From: Octopus sinensis | Taxonomy: Eukaryota | DNA length: 64,000 bases | Direction of reading: 5' to 3' | Assembly: GCF_006345805.1 (NCBI RefSeq) | Contig: NC_043011.1 | Coordinates: forward strand, 66,972,464-67,036,463 | In this document: piece by piece, positions 24,975 to 35,188 of the stretch | How the letters are laid out: the number at the start of each line of letters is the position of its first letter | Position numbering within the stretch: position 1 is the stretch's first letter | The notes under the pieces: model-generated | Databases searched by the model: none | Told to the model about the DNA's origin: nothing | What the model saw: the letters and a program-made list of their open reading frames with translations, nothing else | Translations under genes and position numbers: made by a program

Positions 24975-26830
24975 TATGTAACTCAAAGTTTTATAGAATT
25001 TACATTTCTGGATTGTATTTATTATGGATTGAATCTATGGATTGTATTTCAATAATGTAGAATTTATATTAACATGAACAGTGAAAAATATTACATATGT
25101 AGCACATGTATTTCATGTAAACCGCTTTGATATTCCTGCTAGTGGATCATATCTTAAATCCGGAGAGAGAAGGAGAGAGGCAGAGATTGTAATACAAGCT
25201 GAATAACCACGTATATTTGGCCGATGGCAACAATAGCAATGGAATTACTTTGTAATAATACCGAAACATTTTGGGGAGGTGTTAATTGGAAGGCTGACTA
25301 GTGTTTTATTGTCAAGCTAGTGTGACCGTAGCCGTATCGAAAATGCTTCACATACAATTTCAGCGACAGAAAAGAATGTTGCGGTTACTACAGAAATGCT
25401 TCATCGACGTCACAGGGATTTACATAGCATTCTTCAGATTAAAGTAGTTGTAATGTTATAATGAATACCAAAATCGGTAATAATGCATTGCTTACTCCAT
25501 CTGTGTCACAGGAGTTTTTCTGTTTCTCCGTTGTAGCAACTCCCTGAAAACAAAACGTTGATGTGTTGTAAAATCTTTGATTGAAAACGAATAATAAATC
25601 TTCAGAAGTATAGCCTGGGGAAATGTATCGCTATCTACGGAATATGGACGCTATCATGCAACGATCGATTAAAAAGGCATATCAGTAATAAACTCTAGGT
25701 GGAAAGAGACTGTGAAAAAAGAAATACTACAAGCATGGGAGCCGCATTTTCATTCAAACCGATTATGTCATCATTGGCTAATTCTATGTTGTATCTTCTC
25801 ATATTAATTTCAAAGAAAAAATGCTAGTTAACATATTCCACCATTCCTTACTCGACGAGCTTTCAGTTTCAGACTACCAAATCCACCACAAGACTTTGCA
25901 TAAAGCATGGTTCTTCACTATCTATCTTATTGATTTAGATGCTGTGATGTTATGCGATGTTTCGTTTTAAGTTACAAATTGAGAATTCTTGTCTGATTTG
26001 GAAGATATTGCTACCTTTATCAGGTAGTTGATGACATTGGATAATGGTTTTTATCTATTCAATTTTTTATGAATCCTCTCTGATTCCTGGGAGAAACAAC
26101 TACACAGACACTTGTATATTCGATATTTCTGTGAGTTGAGCAATGGGCTTAACGTTGACACTGTTAATCCTCTTGTTACTAATACGCTATAAACAAAAGT
26201 GATAATACGAACTTATTCCTCAACAAACAACCTCAATCGCACCATTGCTAAAACCGTGTTGCCCAGGTATCTTCCTGTATTCAGCGAGTTCAAAAGTAGC
26301 CATTGGTAGCAAAGCCAATAAAACACAGCTGCAACCGACAGTGAAACCACAATTACACTACTCTCTGGTTGATTTACACATTCTAAAACCAATGGTAACA
26401 TTTGATAAAATGGACCTACAAAATAAATCATCGACTCTTACATATTGTGTCGCACTGTCCAACAGACGTTTACACATTCTGCCATTGCTGGAATATGAAG
26501 GTACGAATATTTTTTCAAAATGCAACAATATCTCTGGTAGAAATTATGAGTAAAATCGCAGGGTAAATTAAAACACTCATTCCAATTATTAATAGAGTAA
26601 ACCCACGACATGTTGAATTAAAATTATACTGGCAACTGGCTCGAAAATCGACAGAAGGAAAAGTATACGAATATCTAAAGTATCCACTTGGGATGTGCAA
26701 ACAAATGAGAGGTAGGACATGGAGATGTGAAATGAAAGAGCAAAATTATCCGGATTTAATTCGATATTATCCTAGTATTCAAATAAAATATGAGTCTACT
26801 ACTTACATATATGAGAAGAAATATTCATAA
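24975..26830 (+). pseudogene. Decayed coding-like unit, copy 3 (least interrupted)
   Basis: Homologous to 1520-5230 along its length. Hydrophobic segments SLANSMLYLLILISKKK, WIMVFIYSIFY and GLTLTLLILLLLIRYKQK; several stops and frameshifts. Confidence 0.55.
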
Positions 26831-27315
26831 AACAGAGAAATGATATAATGGAATCAATATATCCGTTATATTCTGTGCAGGATTGATGAGACTTTAGGAA
26901 CAAATTATATCGATACATACCTGGTATTAAAATCAAAATAAACATAGTATATTTCATCATGAAATTTTTTGCTCACTTCAAAATCTTTTCATATTGTGGT
27001 GTCTTACACGAAGCAATTACTAATATATATGTTATGTAACATGTGTTTGAAGAAAGGTTTGAATGTTGTCGACTGGCGTAATTAAGATATTTGAAGTTAA
27101 ATAGTTAATGCAATGTGTGTGATAGATCGCTAGCCACTACACATTCTTTGTTTTCTCTCCTTGTTTCTTTCTCTGTTCCCTTCTGTGCAAGAGCCTAAGC
27201 CCGAACCGTTAAAGACTTTTTGACTTCCCGAGCCTTATACTAATACATCTGTTTGTTATCTACACCAGCTATCTTCGTCTTTTATTTTTTATGAATTCGA
27301 AGCACTGCTGTAAAC

Positions 27316-27427
27316 AGCGGAAGTAAGCAATATCGTGAAAACGTAGTGCACGTGCACAGCAACGTTCAAGGTGAACCTGTGCCAAGCGATTTCACTCTGC
27401 GTGCTTTAGCTTTGTTACTATGGCAAC
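27316..27427. promoter_or_regulatory. Motif cluster: ETS-like CGGAAGT, palindromic E-box GTGCACGTGCAC (27346-27357), RFX X-box GTTACTATGGCAAC (27414-27427)
   Basis: The X-box matches GTHNYYATRRNAAC exactly; the motifs lie in a CpG-containing, non-repeat ~150-bp stretch. Confidence 0.4.
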
Positions 27428-28245
27428 AGTCCGAATACTTACTGATCAGACCTCATAGATATTTTAGATTCATTTCCAACGTGCCACATAGTATTTAAAT
27501 TGCAGGTGCAATAATAACGAATACGTATTATTCATTAGTATGGTGGAAATATATTGACAATAAAAGACAATAATAATTATTTCCTAATTTATTATTGGTA
27601 ATCAAAATCTCTAATTTGGTAACATCTTTATCCTGTATGGAGAAAGAGTCCAAATATTAATTCTCCATAAATATAGTTATATGATAAAGTTTTTATCACT
27701 TGAATTTGAATTCCATCGCACGAAGGTGGCTGTATTATGTGGCATTAAAGCAGTGATAAATCAGCGATGATTAAAATGGAATGGTAATTGGAATGCAAAC
27801 CAAAACTTCATTCGTTCAGCGAGTTATGCTTACTGCCGCATAGTATCCTGAGATGACTATTAAATCTTAAATGACACCCAGATCAACTGGTGGGCCATAG
27901 AGGAAGATTGATAGAGATTAGTTACATTTCATCTAATATATTGGGAATTAATTGCTTTGATCTGTCTGGCGTAGTACAGATGCACACCAAAATTTTTCAA
28001 ACTGTTTCATGTAATATTAGTAGAAAACATCATGTATAATCTGATCAGACTGAGATGCACAGAACTGCATGGACTGAAAGAGAGATAGGCTATCTTCTGG
28101 AGCAAATGGATTTGTTACATTAGTGCAAGACGAAACGCTAGGTTATGGCGCTTACCCACCATTCTTAAAAAAGAGGTCATCTAAAGTTATTCATGTTCAT
28201 TTTTTTCCTCGAAGCTTTACGAACTGAGAACGCAAAAATGTTTAT

Positions 28246-28652
28246 ATAGGCGTAGGAGTGGCGGCGTGGTAAGTAGCTTGTTTACCAACCACATGTTTCC
28301 AAGTTCAGTCCCACTGCGTGGTACCGTTGGCAAGTGTCTTCAACTATAGCCTCGGGTCAACCAAAGACTTGTGAGTGGATTTGGTAGACGGAAACTGAAA
28401 GAAACCCGTCGTATATATATATGGTGTGTGTGTGTGTGTTTGTGTGTCTGTGTTCCCCCCCCAAAAAAATATCGCTTGACAACCGATGCTGGTGTATTCA
28501 CGTCACTGTAACGTAGAGTTTAGGTAAAAAAAGAACCGATGGAATAAGTACTAAGCTTACAAAGAATAAATCCTGGGGTCGATTTGCTCGATTAAAGGCA
28601 GTGCTCCAGCTTGACCGCAGTCAAATCTCCGAAACAAGTAAAAGAGTAAAAG
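28246..28652 (+). mobile_element. Full-length octopus-type tRNA-derived SINE
   Basis: Head TAGGCGTAGGAGTGGC...GGTAAGTAGCTTG, B-box-like GTTCAGTCCC, core GTGAGTGGATTTGGTAGACGGAAACTGAAAGAA, tail GAAACAAGTAAAAGAGTAAAAGA. Confidence 0.85.
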
Positions 28653-30119
28653 AACTAAAGGCATCGTTGTATTGTTCTTCTTTCCTCCTTCCAACGTCAA
28701 CCATGTAAATTGCATTGTCAAACTCTCACGTATTTTCTCAAGCATTTGTATCAATTCGATAGAAAGCTGGCTCCCTTTGAATTGGAACTTAAAACCTACA
28801 AAACTACATGAAGATTGTCGATTAGTTCGAAGGTTCTAAAATGACACTAGTATTGTTTACTACTCCAGGAAATTGAATGGATGAAGTTGAAACATAATGA
28901 AGAATTTATTGTATATTCTATAAAAACAAAATACTGCCGAAAATATTTTCCAGACAGTTGCAAGCCAGCATTGAATAAAGAAATTCCATTTGGGGAAATC
29001 GCTAAAAACGTAGTTATATGGATAGAAATAAACATATCGTTAATAGAAATATGGAAAGAGATACAATAGAAGCAAGGAAGAAAAAAGAAAACAGAATGTT
29101 AATAAGGAAGATACAGAGGTAAAGGTAGTTACCCCTCCGGGGCTTAGCGTAAAAGTCGCTTATGTTAAAATGCAAATTTTGAAGGAGGCAAAAGCGGAAA
29201 GAAAAATGTTGGAAATGAGTGAAAATAAAAAATTAAGCCGCAAGAAAATAAGAAAGCTAAAATAAGATGAAGAGGAAAAAAATATAAGTTGTGTGATTCT
29301 TAAAGACGTTACAAAGAAAACGATTAGTCAGACTCACATTAAATGAAAGCGTGAAATAGTTTGCAACTTTCAATAGAAAATGTAGAGTCAAGATTTTTGT
29401 TTAGCTTTGAGGGAAAAGTTGTCAATTTATAAAGAAAATGCGTTCTTCATTCGAAGTGTCTTTAAACGTTTCGCTAATACACTGCTATCGACATAGAGGT
29501 GCTGTTTACATAGGAGACTGAACGAATTTGTTTAGCGGAGGCACTTGCCGTGTCTTCCATAAACTTTGTTAATAGCAACATGAAAAAGCATTGTTTTTAA
29601 TATAAATATATTGGAAATATGACGAGCTTTATCAAGTTATTTGAAACTTCAAAGTATGGAATAAATAATTTCAATAATAGCTCATTTTGATCGTATGCAA
29701 AATAAAATATCGATCACCATAAATTTGCGCACGCAACTGTTTTAAATGTTGCTGCACACCATAAAATATAGGAAAAAATTATGATATATATAGAAAATTG
29801 AAATGTAGAGATAAGAATTACCTGAGACTATACACACACCCTTTGTAACGAACAAAGCAAACAGCGAATATATCTTCCTTGATAACATTTCATTATTAAT
29901 AGTTTGCGAGGTTTGTAAATCCTCAGGAATTGACCACCAGAAATTCGGCCAGGTAAAAGCCACCTAAATGTAAATTATCTCTTTAAAATATAAACAGTTT
30001 GTTGTTACCTTTTAGAAAGTACACAGGTAGACAAATACATTAATGGATTCCAATTTGGGGACAAGGCTAAAACTTTCGGGATTGGTGCTATGTCCATTAG
30101 ATCGAACCTAGTCCTAAAA

Positions 30120-30439
30120 TGGTCCTTATTTCATCGACCACCGAAAGAATGAAAAGAAAAGTCGACCTCGGGGAAATTTGAACTCAGAACATAAAGACAG
30201 GCGAAATACCTATTTCTTTACTACCCACAAGGGGCTAAACACAGAGAGGACAAACAAGGACAAACAAACGGATTAAATCGATTACATCGACCCCAGTGCG
30301 TAACTGGTACTTAATTTATCGACCTCGAAAGTATGAAAGTCAAAGTCGACCTCGGAGCAATTTGAACTCAGAACGTAACGGCAGACGAAATACTGCTAAG
30401 CATTTCGCCCGGCCTGCTAACATTTCTGCCAGCTCGCCG
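30120..30439 (-). mobile_element. SINE dimer, same family as 32992-33870
   Basis: Two AAAGTCGACCTCGG...ATTTGAACTCAGAAC blocks; ends in TGCCAGCTCGCCG. Confidence 0.85.
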
Positions 30440-31259
30440 TCCTAAGATGATGAATTACATTATAAACAAATGTAAAATACTACTAACGAAAGGGAATAGG
30501 TTGGGTCTATATGTTACACATATACATGTGTACTTATCTACATACATACTTACATACATAAATGCATGCATACATACATACATTCATACATACATGCATA
30601 CACGCCTGCGTAGATAGCAACATGTGTGAGTGTGTTGATTGGTTGTTTCATTCATTTTTTGATTAATTGATCGATTGTTTGCAAGGAAAAGACTGACGGA
30701 GACATTTTCCGCATAGAATTTGAAAAACTATGTACAATTCTAAAAAGATTTACTAATCATTGATTTTAAAACTGAATTGTTTTTACAGAGAATTCCGTCG
30801 CTTGGTAGCTTTTGCTTATTGGTTTTGGTGATTTGGGGCTTATACTGTTGCGGTGAAACATAGAAAAACCCTTCTGCCCTCCATCTATCGCGAAAGCTGG
30901 ACGGAGAGCTAGCGGCAGAATAATTCGGTTTGTGCTCCTGTTCATCAATTATGAAATGAAGGACGTTGCACAAGAACCGAACGCACTGCCCGGGATAAGA
31001 ATTGAGCCACGACATTTATGGGAGTGTGACAAATAGCTGGTCACCAGGTTGCGAATATTATAGATATATGCATTTAGTATTAACATTTAATATCAAAATT
31101 CATATTTGCTTGTCCTTTATATATAACCCAGTCTATTCGTGACATTCACCTTCTAAAGGTTATTCTTTAACCTCACTAAATTCATTCTAGCCGTTTCGAA
31201 ATATAAAATATAAACATAAATGTAAATGTATATACACACACACACACACAAACATATAT

Positions 31260-31350
<91 letters not shown>

Positions 31351-31468
31351 ATATATATAGGCGTAGGTGTGGCTGTGTGATAAGAAGCTTGCATCCCAAC
31401 GACATGGTTTCGGGTTCAGTTCCTTGTGTGACACCTTGCACAAGTGACTTCTAATTTACCCTCTCAGT

Positions 31469-31930
31469 GAGACAGACGGGACAGGGACATGCGGGAATCT
31501 TCATTGATCACTACAATTATTTCGACCCATCTAGCATCAATCCATCGCGGGTGTAACTCTGAACATCTGGTTTAGCTGTATCCCTCGGTGTAGATGTGTC
31601 TTTGTCGGGTGATTTCAATAAAATAGGCTCTGTGTTTTTGTTGTATTGCGTATTTTCTTTTTCAATCTGTTATTTGTTTTGGTTCTTCTAACGGTTTTGA
31701 GCTATGTACCTTAATCTGCCACTTCCGTATAATAATACCATGCAGAACACATGTGAAACAGAATTTATTTTAAAGTGATTCCTGTAAAAATCGCCTGAAG
31801 AAACACTTCTATGCCGAGGGATACACCTGAATGAGATGTTCAGAGTCCCACCCGCGACGAATAGATGCTAGATGGGTGGACACAATTTAAGCGATCAATA
31901 AAGATACTCGCATCTTCCATATTCAATCTC
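31469..31930. mobile_element. MITE-like element with ~145-bp imperfect terminal inverted repeats
   Basis: ACCCATCTAGCATC...CGCGGGTG..ACTCTGAACATCT...TGTATCCCTCGG is mirrored at 31786-31930. Confidence 0.85.
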
Positions 31931-32009
31931 TTTTATTAAACATGTGTGTGTGTATAGATATGTGTATCTGTATACTTACGTACACGTGTGTGTATTTGTA
32001 ATACACATT

Positions 32010-32046
32010 TAGATAGATAGACAGATAGATAGATAGATAGATAGAT

Positions 32047-32095
<49 letters not shown>

Positions 32096-32104
32096 CAGAT
32101 AGAC

Positions 32105-32186
<82 letters not shown>
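32010..32186. repeat. (AGAT)n microsatellite
   Basis: ~44 units; source of the LSIY-repeat ORF. Confidence 0.97.
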
Positions 32187-32187
<1 letters not shown>

Positions 32188-32991
32188 AAGAAAATATTGA
32201 TAGATTATGGTTTGACTGTCCAAACGTATATCACTTACCAATAACGATCTACGACATTTATCAGACAAGATGAAATCTTGAAACTTGCAGAAGACTGGCG
32301 CAATACATTGGAAAAAGCTACACACATCATATAAGGCGAGGAACCTACTTATCTTTGTTTATTTTGCCTATAGTACATTCACCAAAAACTCTGTATAGTA
32401 CATTCTGTATGACGCAAATCCAGCGTAAACATAGATACCTATTATTTGATAGTGAATTATTGATACAAACGATAATTGAATCTCAAAACATAGAATCCCC
32501 TATGAATGACGCGAAATGCTCATGAAACCTTAGAACTACATTTCTAATACATCGAATAGTTGCAGTTCCCGAAAAAAGGTAGCTATTCAGAAAGATCACT
32601 TTACAGAAAGAAAATTAATGTAGAAATTGTCATAATGCGTAAAACTTAAACAAGTCTACATCTTAGATAATAGTTCTAAAGAAACTAAAGAAATAATTTA
32701 CATATTATTATATTGTCGCTTTGTAATAAACACAGATAATTTTATTGCTTTTACTTTCATAAGTCTTTTTTGCTAATTTCAACGTCTGGTGCTTTAATGA
32801 ATTTCTTAATATAAACTTGTTTAAACAAGTATTCAGTGGTAAATATTTGCCTTCTCTAAAAGTTTATATACATTACGTGTACAAAATATATTATTACGTT
32901 TTATTCTGACATTTTTAATAATTTGAACAACATGTTGAAGTGACATGTAATCATACTTATGACACGTCAGTACTTTCAATGTATACAACAC

Positions 32992-33870
32992 GGCGAGCTG
33001 GCAGGAACATTAGCACGCCGAGCGAAATGCTTAGCGGTATTTCGTCTGCCGCTAAGGTCTGAGTTCAAATTCCGCCGAGGTCAACTTTGCCTTTCATCCT
33101 TTCGGGGTCGACTAAATAAGTACCAGTTAGACACTGGGGTCGATATAATCGACTTAATCCGTTTGTCTGTCCTTGTTTGTCCTCTCTGTGTTTAGCCCCT
33201 TGTGGGTAGTAAAGAAATAGGTATTTCGTCTGCCGATACGTTCTGAGTTCAAATTACTCCGAGGTCGACTTTGCCTTTCATACTTTCGGGGTCAATAAAT
33301 TAGTACCAGTTACGCACTGGTGGCCGATGTAATCGACTTAATCCGTTTGTCTGTCCTTGTTTGTCCTCTCTGAGTTTAGCCCCTTGTGGGTAATAAAGAA
33401 ATAGGTATTTCATCTGCCGCTACATTCTGAGTTAAAATTCCGCCGAGGTCGAATGTGCCTTTCATCGTTTCAGGGTCGATTAAATAAGTACCAGTTAAGC
33501 ACTGGGGTCGATGCATTCGACTTAATCCCTTTGTCTGTTCTTATTTGTCCCCTCTATGTTTGGCCCCTTGTGTGCAATAAAGAACTAAGAAACGTAGCGT
33601 GCCGGGCTAAATGCTTAGTGGTATTTTATCTGCCGCTACGTTCCGAGTTCAAATTCCGCTGAGGTCGACTTTGCCTTTCATCCCTACGGGAGCGATTAAA
33701 TAAGTACCAGTTACGCATTGGGGTTGATGTAATCGACTTAATTCCATTGTCGGTCCTTGTTTGTCCCCTTGTGGGCAATAAAGAAATAAGAAACGTTAGC
33801 ACGTTGGAAAGAATGCCTAGCAGCTTTTCGCCCGTCGTTACGTTCTGAGTTCAAATTCCATTGATGTTAA
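32992..33870 (+). mobile_element. Head-to-tail tandem array (~4.5 units of ~190-230 bp) of a SINE
   Basis: Repeated TTCTGAGTTCAAATTCCGCCGAGGTCGACTTTGCCTTTCATC...CCCCTTGTGGG..ATAAAGAAATAGG. Only units 1, 4 and 5 retain 5' head sequence. Confidence 0.93.
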
Positions 33871-33957
33871 CTTTGGTTTCGACAATGTTGTTTGTTATAT
33901 CAGTATATGTTATCGAAAAATAAAGAAAAACATAACGTTTATTTTCACAAAGATATC

Positions 33958-34339
33958 CTTTTATCTGTTTCTGTCATTTGACTGCGGACATGCTGGAGGA
34001 GAGTCTTAAAGCGTGTTAGACGAAGAAATCCACAGCAGGATTTATTCTATGTAAGCCTTTTACTATTGTTCTATTTGCCGAAGCGCTGATTTACAAGGAT
34101 ATAAACACACCCGCATCGGTTGGCAAGCGATGCTGGAGAGAAAAACCCACAAATACACAAATATATTCACATACGACGGGCTTCTTCCAGTTTCCCTCTA
34201 CCAAATCCACTCACAGGGCTTTGGTCAGTCTGAGGCTATAGTAGAGGACACTTTCCCAATGTGCCACGCAGTTGTACCGAACCCAGAATCATGTGGTTGA
34301 GAAGTAAGCTTCTTACCACAGAGCTACGCCTGCGCCTAT
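33958..34339 (-). mobile_element. Octopus-type SINE, same family as 28246-28652
   Basis: Reverse complement of the head, core (CCAAATCCACTCACA) and tail. Confidence 0.85.
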
Positions 34340-35120
34340 TAAATGCGTATATATTACTTTTATTAGAGTATTATGATATCTTAGTTTTACCGACAAGGAC
34401 AATCATTCAAGTATGTTCTCTTTCCATTTAGATATTATATAATATACTACATAATAATACTATTGCAAGATTGCGAGGATGTCGTTGATGTGGGTTCGCA
34501 ATGTCGTTAAGTGTCAATTGATGTACATTTTAGATTTAGCGGAGATGCATCATCCATGTTTTACAAAGCAAACTCGTTCATATGGAAATTATATTTCACT
34601 GCTATTACTTTATTATTTCAAAAGCACAGCATACAGAGAAAGAGAAGGGAACGTCTTCACATTTCAGGAATAATAATGCAGTGATGCTCGGTGTAATCTT
34701 TGATTTAATCATTGCATCGTAGTTACGCATGTGTGTATGTATTTGTGCATTTAAATGTAAAATTGAAATTCTACACATGCTGTAGCCTCCAAAATGTTCT
34801 GAGATAAAACATATAGGACTTTCAACTGAATATATATTCCATGGTACCAAATGAGTACAAAACAGGAATTCGATATTCTTTTTAGTTTTTCTCTTTTATT
34901 CTTTTATATTGTTTCAGTGATTAGACAGCCGCCATGCTCGGGCGCCGCCTTGCAGAATTTTAGTCCAACCGATCTATCCCAATACTTATTTTTTAAAAGC
35001 TTATTACTTATTCTGGCTATGTCTTAGGATAGGCCGCTCAGTTACGGGTACGTAAGCACAACAACGGCTGTCAAACGGTGGCGTGAGAATAAAGTCACAT
35101 GCATATACATACATACATGC

Positions 35121-35184
<64 letters not shown>

Positions 35185-35188
<4 letters not shown>

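Noticed and set aside
26370-26420. VTFDKMDL / LKFDNMNL as an RT 'KAFD' motif, or YSLV...YC as a GCNT glycosyltransferase motif
   Set aside because: The required upstream Asp is absent in both copies, and the GCNT spacing and flanking residues do not fit. Family left unassigned.
27180-27215. CTGTGCAAGAGC...GCCCGAACCGTTAAAG, possibly a decayed minimal HHR in a common repeat
   Set aside because: Too many core mismatches in this copy to call it.
28990-29270. K/E-rich reading frames (NVNKEDTEVKVVTPPGLSVKVAYVK...)
   Set aside because: Frameshifted, with no recognisable family or splice context; A-rich composition explains the openness.
31795-31865. CTGAAGA in the right arm of the MITE
   Set aside because: Not followed by a stem II/GAAAC/GUH arrangement.
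32992-33870. CRISPR-like regular repeats
   Set aside because: Units are ~200-bp whole-unit duplications with no unique spacers, in a eukaryotic context.
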